A stretch of 63,979 bases of DNA, counting the filler, from Octopus bimaculoides (lineage: Eukaryota): NCBI RefSeq assembly GCF_001194135.2. It is 6 parts of 5 records of this genome, joined end to end, with 100 filler letters (N's around TTAATTAATTAA, not from the genome) between each part and the next. Parts side by side here need not be neighbours in the genome. Positions count along the whole stretch, not along the records: positions 1 to 10,249 come from NC_069009.1; positions 10,350 to 15,306 come from NC_069003.1; 4 more parts are not named here. One strand, 5' to 3'. Every line of letters begins with the position of its first letter. The stretch's first letter is position 1. The notes below the pieces were generated by a model. That model saw only the letters and a list, made by a program, of their open reading frames with translations. It was not told where the DNA came from and searched no databases. A program made the position numbers and the translations under genes. Below are positions 1 through 10,765 of this stretch, in pieces.

Positions 1-301
1 TTACACATGTCACGGGCACAAGTGCCAGAAAGGTGACACTGGGCACAGGTGCTATCCCGATTTCGCTTTCGCTTGCCCCAATAAGTCTTCGCAAGCTGAG
101 TTTCGTGTCCAATGAAGGAGACGACGTTGGCACGGGTGCCAGTCGAATTAAGTTCGATTTCGATCTCACTTGCTTCAAAAAGTCTTCGCAAGCGGAGTTT
201 AGTGTCCAATGAAGGAAAGGTACGCATAAGTGGGCTGGCTACACCCCTGGCAGAGGCCTTGGATTTAGGTCTCACTTGGCTTGCCGGGTCTTCTCACGCA
301 C
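1..301 (-). mobile_element. 3' region of an RTE-clade LINE with an internal ~97-bp duplication
   Basis: Minus strand begins ...REKTRQAK*, the same C-terminus as the RTE fragments at ~32030 and ~7290. aagtcttcgcaagc.gagttt.gtgtccaatgaagga occurs twice. Confidence 0.55.
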
Positions 302-685
302 AATAATTCTTTATAATTTTGGCGCAAGGCCACTAATTTTGAAGGGATAGGACAACCCTAGTACTTTATTTTTATTGACCCCTCAATATGAAATCATATT
401 GAAGTCCAATGTGATTTCATTGTACAAATTATCTGGGGGCAGCGGGCTCGTAGAGTAGTTAGTGTGTCAGGCGAAATGCTTAGCAGCATTTCTTCCTGGC
501 TTTTTACATTCTGTGTTCAAATCCAGCAAGGCCAAATTTGCCACTCTTCTTTTTGGGGTTAATGGAATTAGGTTCTAGACAAGTACTGGGGTCGATGTGA
601 TAGTCCAGTGGTTCCCAACCTGTGGTCTCTGCAAAGGTAGTACTGGGAGTCTGTGAACTAAATTCAAAATTTCATGTGTGTGTGC

Positions 686-845
686 AGGAGTGGCTGTGTG
701 GTAAGAAGCTTGCTTCCCAACCACATGGTTCTGGGTTCAGTCCCAGTGCCTGGCATTTTGGGCAAGTGTCTTCAACTGTAGCCTCAGGCCAACCAAAAGC
801 CTTGTGAGTGAATTTAGTAGACGGAAAATGAAAGAAGCTCGTCGT
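686..845 (+). mobile_element. tRNA-headed SINE (GGCGTGGCTGTGTGGTAAGAAGCTTGC family), 5' module
   Basis: Head and B-box gggttcagtccc. Related copies at ~11356, ~33585, ~51557 (+) and ~41822-41955, ~56425-56575 (-). Confidence 0.78.
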
Positions 846-846
846 A

Positions 847-888
<42 letters not shown>

Positions 889-1874
889 ACATTAATAACA
901 TAAATATATATATGTATATATATATATCATCATCATCGTTTAACATCCGCTTTCCGTGCCGCCTGTGGTTTTGCTTCATCTGTGCATCCATAGCTTACAC
1001 TGTACAGCATATGGTGTTTATATCTCCTCCTTTTCTGCATATTGAGCAAGCACATTTCCTTTGAGGTGCCAGGGTCCCGTCTTCTTTTTCACTTACCAAA
1101 ATTGTTGTCTTTGCTCAGTTTATTTGTGGTCTCTTGATTCTAATTTAACTTCTTTGCTCCAAATTTCATCTCTAATTCCCTTATAGATTCATTTATGTTT
1201 ATCAGTATATAAGGGCTGACAGAGTTCGATTCGTGGTGGTGCATTGCATTCTTAAGCATGACACTTTATTCTCTAAATCCTCTAAAGCCTCATAATATGC
1301 AAGAAAAAACATACTTACCAGAGCTCTATCTGACTTTGCATATAGGACTCAGTACTTTTCTTCTTATTTTTTGAGACATGTTTTTGAAGAAAAAAGGGCA
1401 TCTTATATACCATCAAATACAATATACATACATGTTTGCATGCATGATGGCTGCTTTTTTGTTCTTGAGTATAATGATGCTGATATGTTAAGTGAAGACC
1501 TGTGCATGATGCTTTTCGAAAGCGAGGAGGGGCCTTGCACACAACCAGCCCCACTCTCTGAACAACAGAGACCCATTCCTCTGAAAGAACAATTAATCAA
1601 CATCATTGTCTACCATCGAATTGTAGGTTTTTACATCAGCGTTTACCTTTCCCTAGCATGATGCCCTAGCAAGGACTAGGGGTCACTCCCTCTCTGCAAC
1701 GTGGTACACCGAGAAATAACATGAGAAATAACAGGGCCAAACTTGTGTCCTCAGTATTGGATGGCAATTGACTTTAAGGAGTCCATCTGTCCTTCAATAT
1801 GTTTCGTTTTTCATCCTGTGGGGTATTCAATCACCTTTGTCACTAAGCAAGCTTAGTGGGGGGTTGTTAGTTTA

Positions 1875-2826
1875 ACCCTATAACATTTAACCTGGCTATA
1901 GCCAGCCCAAATATTCTACATGTTTTATATTCAAACTGGCCATATCCAGCCTCTCACACCTAACCTACATTGACATTCTAAAAATAAACAATCACATCAT
2001 TGGAACCTCAAAGCTATAAGATAATGTATGATTAATTCAAAACAATTTGAGTGAAAAAGTATTACATCTAACAGAGTAATCTGAACACTAAAGCGTTAAT
2101 CCTCTACACAGCCACTAAGCCCCCAGTTTGTTGGTAGATTGCTGCAAGAACTACCACTGTCCATGAGAAATAACAGGGCCAAACTTGTGTCCTCAGTATT
2201 GGATGGCAATTGACTTTAAGGAGTCCATCTGTCCTTCAATATGTTTCGTTTTTCAGTCACCTTCGTCAGTAAGCAAGCTTAGTGGGGGGGGGGGTTTAGT
2301 TTAACCCTATAACGGTAGAGGAGTAGGGGCCGAAACTGGATGTGGTTCCTCCTGATGATGTCTTGAGGTAACTGGATCCTATAAAGGAGCTGTTGTGGTA
2401 GCAGACCACGAAACATGGTTGAAATTCCTAATCTGGTTATATCCAGCCCAAATATTTTACCTGTTTTATCTCAAAACTGGCCACATCCAACCTCTCGCAC
2501 CTACCCTACAGTGTCATTTTAAATATATACAAACAAGCCATTGAAATCTCAAAGCTACAAAATAATGCATGGTTAATTCAAAAGACAAGCGGGATAGATA
2601 GGCGTTACATTTGACAGTGTAATTTGAGTGCTAAAGAGTTAAACCAGCCATAATCCGCTCAGATATTTAAACTGTTGTATGGTCAGTCTGATCAGATCTG
2701 GCCTCTCACACCTACCCTGTAATGTCATGTCATCAAAATGTCAAAGATAATGCTTGATTAATTTAAAACACTGTGAATAAATAAGCATTACATTTGAGAC
2801 AGGAATCTGAATGCTAAGGGGTTAAT
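1875..2826 (+). repeat. Cluster of ~190-250 bp units ending AAAGGGTTAA (piggyBac-type MITE family), part 1
   Basis: Recurrent core ccagatctggcctctcacacctaccctacaatgtcattctaaaa...gataatgcatgattaattcaaaacaa, with unit ends at ~2098, ~2642 and ~2825. Confidence 0.7.
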
Positions 2827-2849
2827 CGCTGACATCCTGACCATGCAAC

Positions 2850-3160
2850 ATCATCATCATCATCATCGTTTAACGTCCGCTTTCCATGCTGGCATGGGTT
2901 GGACGATTTGACTGAGGACTGGTGAAACCAGATGGCTGCACCAAGCTCCAATCTGATCTGGCAGAGTTTCTACAGCTGGATGCCCTTCCTAACGCCAACC
3001 ACTCCGAGAGTGTAGTGGGGCTTTTTACGTGGGACTGGCAACGGCCATGCTCAAAATGGTGTTTTTTACGTGCCACCTGCACAGGAAGGAGCCAGTCCAG
3101 CGGCACTGGCAATGACCTCACTCGAATGTCTTTTCATGTGCCACCAGCACTGAAGCAGTG
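2850..3160 (-). mobile_element. RTE-type 3' tail repeat
   Basis: (CAT)n-cgtttaacgtccgctttccatgc...ttctacagctggatgcccttcctaacgccaacc. Related copies at ~32650, ~39220, ~51140 (-) and ~7420, ~36118, ~44720, ~47030 (+). Confidence 0.78.
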
Positions 3161-3277
3161 ACCTTTGCTGATATATTAGGTTTGGATGATGTAATGACAG
3201 AAATTTTTCTGGATGTGTCATCATATCTGATGCAAGTGCATGCCAGTAACTAACCGGTAATGATATTGTAATTACTT

Positions 3278-3589
3278 ACATGTCGCATGGCTCAGTAGTT
3301 AGAGCATTGGGCTCCCAATCACGAAGTAGTGAGTTTGATTCCCGGACCGGGCTGTGTGTTGTGTTTTTGGGCAAGACACTTTATTTTTCACATTACTCTA
3401 GTTCACTCATCTGGTGCCAAGCAATACCAGCCTTTGCCTTTCCCTTGGATAACATCGGTGGCCTGGAGAGTGGAAGCTGGTGATCATGGGCGACTGCTGG
3501 TCTTCCATGAACAAACTTTCCTGGACTTGTGCCTCGGAGGGGAACTTTCTAGGTGCAATCCCAGGGTCATTCATGACCAAAGGGGGTCT
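3278..3589 (+). mobile_element. tRNA-headed SINE (third family)
   Basis: catggctcagtagttagagc...gagtttgattcccggaccggg, then gggcaagacact core. Its 3' part recurs at ~58255-58325. Confidence 0.7.
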
Positions 3590-3593
3590 TTAA

Positions 3594-4159
3594 TGGGAAC
3601 TTTTTTAAAACGGGGGCCACATTTTTCATTAACGAAACACTTTGAAACTTGGAACACTGGTAGAAAGTGTCATATAAAACATCTTTTTCTCTTAGTCTTC
3701 TTAAAAAAAAAAGAAATCCCTAAGTTATTCCATGTTAAAGTTGTCGTATTTCTGTAATTTCAACCAATCACTGATGTCCATTCAGCCGATATACATTTAG
3801 TGCCGACTACATAAACAAACGATTCTGAAACAATTAACCCTAACCCTAACCGTAGGGTTAGGGTTAAAGCAAATTTAAAATGAAAAAAGCAAATAAAACG
3901 AAGGTATGGAGATTAAATACGCTTTACATCGCTTAATCAGCCAAAGGAGTAAATGTAAACAACTGAATACTTGTCAGTGATTGGTTGAAATTATCGAAAT
4001 AAGACAATTTTTTACATGAAATAAATTCGAATACAAAAATATTTTTCTGTTCTATAACACAAAATAGATAAGTATACGAAGTTTGAAAGTCTTTCCGTAC
4101 CAAAAACACTACGTAAAACATTAATGAAAAATGTGGCCCCCATTTTAAAATAGATCCCT
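3594..4159. mobile_element. Palindromic MITE with TTAA target duplication (Kolobok-like)
   Basis: TTAA at 3590-3593 and 4160-4163. TIRs ttttaaaa(c/t)gggggccacatttttcattaa. Inner inverted repeat ttcaaccaatcactga/tcagtgattggttgaa. Central (CCCTAA)/(TTAGGG) palindrome. Confidence 0.7.
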
Positions 4160-4180
4160 TTAATGTCCTCAGGGTGGCTT

Positions 4181-5765
4181 CTAACCCTTTAGCTTTTACA
4201 CCAACCATATCTGGGTTAAATGTTCTATCTATTGCTTTATGTTGAAATTGGCCAGATCTGGCCTCTTATACCTGCCCTACAATGTCATTCGAAAAATAAA
4301 CAATCACTTGGAGCTACAAGATAATGCATGACTAGTTTTAAGCAATATGAATAAACAAGCATTACTTTTGACTGAATAATCTGAAATCTAGAAAGTTATG
4401 CTGACCATATCTGGCCTCTTACACCTACCCTGCTATATCATTCTAAAAGTGAACAATCACACCATTGAAATCTCAAAGCTATGAGATAATCCATGATTAA
4501 TTCAAAACAATGTGGATAAATAATCTGCAAGTTAATGGGTTAAACTGGCTGTGCCCAGCCCAGCCCAAATATTCTGCCGGTTTATGTTCAAACTGATCAG
4601 ATCCTACATCTCACACCTACCCTACAATGTCATTGTAAAAATAAATGGTCACATCATTGACATCTTAAAGCTTTGAGATAATGATAATGCATGATTAATT
4701 AAAGACAATGTGAATAAATGAGCTTTACATTTGAGAGTAATCTGCATGCTAGAAGGAAAGTTAAATGGGTCGTATGTGGACTGAATGTTCTGAACCAGCC
4801 AGATCTGGCCTCTCATACTTATTCTACAATGTCATTCTAAAACTAAGCAGTAACCCTGGAATCTTGAAGCTGTAAGGTAATGCATGACTGATTCAAAACA
4901 GCGTGAATAAATAAGCGTTACATTTGACTGAATGCTAAAGGGTTAAATTGGACATGTATGGACCAAATCTTCTGACCATTCAAACTAACCATATCTGGCC
5001 TCTTGCACCCATCCTACAATGTCATTCTAAAAATAAACAATCACGTCATAGAAATTTTGAAGTTCTGAGATAATGCATGGATTAATTCAAAACAATGTGA
5101 AGAAATAAACTTTAGATTTGACAGAGTAATCTGAATTTTAAAGGGTTAAACTAACCAGACCCAACCATAATATTATACTTGTTTTATGTCAACTGGCCAG
5201 ATCAGGCCTCTCACACGTACCCCGCAAGGTCATTCTAAAAATAGCCAATCGCATCATTGAAATTGCAATACTACAAAGATTGTTTTTTGTTGTTGGCACT
5301 CCGTCGCGTACGACGTCGAGGTTTCCAGTTGATCCGATCAACGGAACAGCCTGCTCGTGAAATTAACGTGCAAGTGGCTGAGCACTCCACAGACACGTGT
5401 ACCCTTAACGTAGTTCTCGGGGGATATTCAGCATGACACAGTGTGACAAGGCCGACCCTTTGAATTACAGGCACAACAGAAACAGGAAGAAAGAGTGAGA
5501 GAAAGTTGTGGTGGAAGAGTACAGCAGGGTTCGCCACCATCCCCTGCCGGAACCTCGTGAAGCTTTTAGGTGTTTTCGCTCAATAAACACTCACAACGCC
5601 CGGTCTGGGAATCGAAACCACGATCCTATGACCGCGAGTCCGCTGCCCTAACCACTGGGCCATTGTGCCTCCACACTACAAAGATAATGCTTGGTTAATT
5701 CAAAACAACATGGATGAATATGCTTTACATATGATAGTAATCTCAGTGCTGAAACAGCTAAACAT
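4181..5765 (+). repeat. Head-to-tail array of the same MITE-like unit, part 2 (about six units, last one interrupted by a SINE)
   Basis: First unit starts taaccctttagc. Unit ends ...gggttaa or variants at ~4543, ~4764, ~4946 and ~5149. Confidence 0.72.
5281..5674 (-). mobile_element. tRNA-headed SINE (~390 bp family), copy 1
   Basis: Head tggaggcacaatggcccagtggttagggcagcggactcg with B-box ggtttcgattcc, (AAC)n tail. 11-bp TSD actacaaagat at 5270-5280 and 5675-5685. Confidence 0.88.
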
Positions 5766-5879
5766 TGTTAAGCGTTGGTTCTTCATCTCTGTCTTTGAGC
5801 AGTTAGGTTCTTGATACTAAGCTCTGCTGTCCTGTCTTCGACCTCAGTGTTGTGCTTGTGTTGGACGTACACCTTATTT

Positions 5880-6058
5880 TTACCGCTACCCCTCTCTTGT
5901 TCCAATTTTTTTTCTCTTTGTTCTTCCTTCACTGCTCTGTTGTTGATTACACAAATAAGGTACCACTCTATTTACAGCGTTGTGGTTACCACCAACTGCC
6001 ACAGGTAGCTCCTCGTGGTGGCAGCTCACGCCACTTTCGGCTTTCCCGTCAGGTAAGT
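5880..6058 (+). promoter_or_regulatory. Candidate promoter or non-coding first exon
   Basis: Non-repetitive, locally GC- and CpG-richer segment ending in a strong donor tcccgtcag|gtaagt (6052/6053). No transcript evidence. Confidence 0.3.
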
Positions 6059-6455
6059 AAAAATCGATCTGTTAGACAGAAAAAAAAAAGAAGAAAAAAA
6101 AACGAAAAAAAAAAGCCACATGTGGTCGTTTTCTCAAAACATTTCTGTCTGTGCATCCGGATTGATTACTGTTATTTTCATTTTTCTAGATCGGTTTGCT
6201 TCAATTTTAGATTTGATTAATTTTTATCTTTTTATCATATTTCTTTTACTTGTTTTGTTTTTTTGGATTGTATGCTTGTTTGTCTCTGTGACTAAGTCAT
6301 TAGATTGCTGTTACGGCAATGATGATGATGATGGTGGTGATTCTGGTGATGTTGGTCATTGTGATACACTATTATTGGTTCTTAAAGCCTCCCCCCCACT
6401 CAACTGTCTATAGTTCATCTTTCATGATGCTGTGAGATTGTCACACTCTATACAC

Positions 6456-7174
6456 CAGTGGTTCCCAAACTTTTTAGAGACACGACCCACTATTTATTAC
6501 ACCAGTTTATGGCAACCCACTTAACTCTACTGGGTCAAAACATTAATGAAAGAAGCAAATTTATTTCAGATTACATCTTCATTGAGGCCTGTGAGAGGGC
6601 CTCATTTATATTAAATGTGAAACAAAACGTTTTATAACTGTTTCAACGTCTCCATACCCCATGGGCAGGTATTAACTCTAATACAAAACCTCGAAGCAGT
6701 AACTGTTATCGGCTCGATCAGTGTTGTACTGCGCCTGTTGTCTATAAATAGGTAAAAACAGACTTTTCTCTTTCATGATTACGTACGAATAAATAACTTG
6801 AGAAAATGACCCCCTCTGATTTAAGTTCGTGCAAAAAGCCTACTATTTCGACAGATATCAGTTAATCAAAGCTAATGCGTAATTTTATAACTTTTTGTGA
6901 CCCACTGGGATTCTGTTCATGACCCATGATGAGCCTGTTTCTTGCTACGCTCAATAATAGAATTAACATCAGGTTCAATGCGTGATAATTTCAGCCGTAA
7001 AGAATTTGAGGGCTGCAGTTTATTTCGAAATTTGCTTTTAATCCCAACCATTGCTGAATCGCGATAGACAGCAGTAAATCAAAGCTAATGCGTAATTTTA
7101 TAACATTTTGAGACCCACTAGGATTCCGTTCGCGACCCATCAGTGGGTCGCGACTCATAGTTTGGGAACCACTG
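6456..7174. mobile_element. hAT MITE
   Basis: 16-bp TIR cagtggttcccaaact / agtttgggaaccactg. Perfect 8-bp TSD ctatacac at 6448-6455 and 7175-7182. Confidence 0.92.
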
Positions 7175-7637
7175 CTATACACTGTATCGGTGACTACTGT
7201 GTATATGTATATATGAAGTGGTGAGAAAAGATCTTCACATGTTGGGCCCCACAGAGAAGATGACAAGGGATCAAGGCTTCTGCCGGTTTGCTGTGCTTGA
7301 GAAAACATGCCAAGCTAATAAAATTGTAATTGTTGATACATACAAGCATGTCCTTTACTTCACTCTCTGAGCTGAGAGATCCTAGTTTTTCACGATGCTG
7401 GTGCCACGTAGAAGCATCTGTGTCTTTGCCATGTCAAAAGCATCCAGTCCACTCTGTAAAGTGGTTGGCATTACAAGGGGCACCTAGCCATAGAAATCAT
7501 GCCAAAACAGACAAGTGGAACTTGGGCAGCTCTCCAGCTGGCCAGTTCCAGTCAAACTATCCGACCCAGGCCAGAGAACGGATGTTAAATGATGATGATG
7601 TACAAGCCGTTTTTAATGCAATTAATTGCCCTTACTC

Positions 7638-7947
7638 GTGGCTTAGTGGTTAGGGTGTCAGCATCATGATCATAGGATTGTGGTTTTGATTCCTGGACCG
7701 GGCGACGCGTTGTGTTCTTGAGCAAAACAATTCATAAGGTGGCAATCTGGCAGAATCGTTAGCATGCTGGACGAAATGGTTAGCAGTTTCACCCATCGCT
7801 ACGTTCTGAGTTCAAATTCCGCCGAGGTCGACTTTGCCTTTCATCCTTTCAGGGTCCATAAATTCAGTACCAGTTGAGTACTGGGGTCGATGTGATCACC
7901 AGTCCCCCTCCCCACAAAATCCAGGCCTTGTGCCTATAATAGAAAGG

Positions 7948-7991
<44 letters not shown>

Positions 7992-8945
7992 CATAAGGCG
8001 GTGAGCTGGCAGAATCGTTAGCAAGCTGGGTTAAATGTTTGGTGGTATTTCACCCGTTGCTATGTTCTGAGTTCAAATTCCGCTGAGGTGGACTTTGACT
8101 TTCATCCTTTCGGAGTCAATAAATTAAGTACCAGCTGTGTACTGGGGTCGATGTAATCAACTAGTGCTCTCCTCCAAAATTTCATGCCTTGTGCCTATAG
8201 TAGAAAGGATTATTGTCATCATCATCATCATTGCTGCATTGACAAAGCTCTACTGTAGTTCAGCTCCAGCTGGTCAGATTTGGATTTCTTACTGGTGCGG
8301 GAATGTGATAACATGAAAGTACAGTGGTTGATATATATGTGTGTGTGTGTAAAATCAACTGTTTCCCTTTGTCCATATTTTCTGGCCTGGTGTCTGTATT
8401 AGAAACATTTGTTATTGCTGTGCTGTAGTCACTTTTGTTATTGCGTGCTTTGACTGCCTTACCATGAGTACATTTCTGTGTACCTTTTTGATCAAGTTCT
8501 GCGACTTTTTTTTTTTTTGTTTTTAGTTTCATATTTTCTCTTGTGGTTTGAAGTACTACTAATATGTGTGTGCAGTGCCTTGTAGAGCTATTTTCTGTAT
8601 ATTGTGATGACATTATTATTATTATTTTTGTGCATATTTTTAAAAATTAGTTTTATGGTGTTTGATATCAAATGTAATTAGTGTGAATATTACTGTTCTT
8701 GTTATTTTTATAATTATTATTATTATTATGGTGGTGAGCTGGCAGAATTATTAGCATGCCAGGCGAAATGCTTAGCAGTATTTCACCTGTCACTACTACG
8801 TTCTGAGTTCAAATTCCGCCGAGGTCAACTTTGCCTTTTGTCCTTTCGGGGTCAATAAAATAAGTACCAGTAAAACACTGGGGTCGATGTAATCGACTAA
8901 TCCCCTCCCCAAAATGATTGCCCTTGTGGCAAAATTATTATTATT
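7638..8945 (+). mobile_element. Tandem cluster of SINEs (GGCGGTGAGCTGGCAGAATCGTTAGC family, (ATT)n tails)
   Basis: Copies at ~7738-7950, ~7997-8211 and ~8730-8940 share gttctgagttcaaattccgccgaggtcgactttgcctttcatcctttc, preceded by a truncated second SINE head at ~7638. Confidence 0.82.
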
Positions 8946-10293
8946 ATTATTATCTTTTTGTGCATCATATTTTTTTAAAATTAATTTTATAGTGTTTAAT
9001 ACCAATTGTAATTAGTGTGAATATTACCATTCTTGTTATTTTCCTTCTTCTGTTTATAATTACTATTATTTTATGTGAGAACGAACTGGCTGAATAATTT
9101 GCATGTCGGACGAAAGGCTTAAAGGCAATTCTTCCAGTTTTATATACTAAGTTCAAATTCAGCTGCGTTCCTTCCTTCCCGAGTCATAGACTTCTAGGGC
9201 TGGTTTCCTGGTTTCTCTGGTGTGTACCCCTGCTCCCAACAGAATGCCGGTCTTTTGCAGGGTGTCCTTTTTGACAGCTGGGTGGACTGGGGCAGCGTGA
9301 AATAAAGTGTTTTGCTCAAGAACACAATGCATCGTCCGGTCCAGGAATTGAAACCATGATCCTACAATCGTCAGCATAACAACCTAACCACTAGGCTACA
9401 AGTCGTGAGTCCATCATGGGGGTTACTCATTTACAGCCAAGTGGACTGGGGCAATTTGAAATGAATTGTTTTGCTCAAGAACACAAAGCATTGTCCGGTC
9501 CAGGGATTGAAACCACAATCTTACACGCACGAGTCCAACACCTTAACCACTAAGCCATGCACCTCCACTCCTTTCTGGGTGTGGGTTGTGAAATAAGTTT
9601 GGGGGAGTGGGGTGTTGTCTTAATCACTTGTTCCCTGTTTGTAAGGTGGTGGCTGCCCCAGCCTGGCCTCAACTCTGAAAGAACAATAGAGCCATTTGTT
9701 TTTTTAACCTCTTCTAGTTTGCCTGCCTCCTCGGTTCTCTCCTACCTCTGCCTGTTGCTCTACTTAGCTTGCCAGTGCCTCCTCCTCATTTGCCTGCCTG
9801 ATCTGACCACCACCACCAAAAATGGTTTTGGCATGGCTGCTTTTTGGTGTTGCTGGTTTGATGCTGACTTATTTGACATTTTCATGTTTCTCTTTCTTGC
9901 TTCTCCCCCTATCTTACTCTCTCTCTCTCTCTCTCCCCCTTTCTGTTTTTGTCAATAGTGTTCAACTAACCTTCAGCACACTGTAGGTGCATAATGCCAC
10001 CTTAGTTTCCTCCCCTGTTGTAATGAGAAGTGGCAGGGGAAGTAAACCTAGAGAAAACGCTGTGTGCTAAAGGTTAATAAATTGTAAGATCTCTCTGTCT
10101 CTCACCCTCCTCCCACCACGCCTCCTCCCTCCATCTCACTCCTTCCACTCTACAATCTCTTCCTTCCTCCTTCCACCCTCTCTGCCATCTTTCCCTCTCT
10201 ACAACTCCTCTCCCCTCCCATTCCTCCCCTATCTCTCTCCCCTCCCCTCNNNNNNNNNNNNNNNNNNNNNNNNNNNNNNNNNNNNNNNNNNNN

Positions 10294-10305
10294 TTAATTA
10301 ATTAA
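10294..10305. other. Artificial scaffolding linker TTAATTAATTAA (also 15351-15362, 30137-30148, 51501-51512, 62899-62910)
   Basis: Identical 12-mer with stops in all six frames, each centred in a 100-nt block (44 N on each side). Confidence 0.95.
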
Positions 10306-10698
10306 NNNNNNNNNNNNNNNNNNNNNNNNNNNNNNNNNNNNNNNNNNNNATATATATACACTGGCAACTAGCAACATGCCCCCCATGAATCATCCTTACA
10401 TATTCCATATTCTTTATTATGTTTCTTTATATTTCTTTAGCTTGTCTTTATTACCGACATTTTTTCAACAGTGTCATGTTATTCTATTATTATTATAGTT
10501 GATGTCGAAGTTTTTTTTTTTCTTTCCATGGATTGTTTTCCTTTCTCTTGTCTAATGTCGATGTTATAAACTGAGTAAATTGGTTTCCAGTAAATTGATT
10601 TATACTTGTATGTTTTTTTTCTCCAAGACATTTAGTGCGGCAGCGCAATATTGAATGGTGCGATCAATTCAAAACATAGGATATGCAAAAAAATATTC

Positions 10699-10765
<67 letters not shown>

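Noticed and set aside
1040-1190. Minus-strand donor-like acttac at ~1091 with open flank
   Set aside because: Sequence resembles a decayed RTE-type LINE segment (Cys-rich C..C...C..C region), not a host exon.
2328-2352. CCGAAAC followed by CCTGATGA (~2330-2360)
   Set aside because: No room or complementarity for stem I. Coincidental motifs.
4181-5765. Regularly spaced repeats that could be mistaken for a CRISPR array
   Set aside because: Units are ~190-250 bp diverged MITE copies without unique spacers, in an animal genome with no cas genes.
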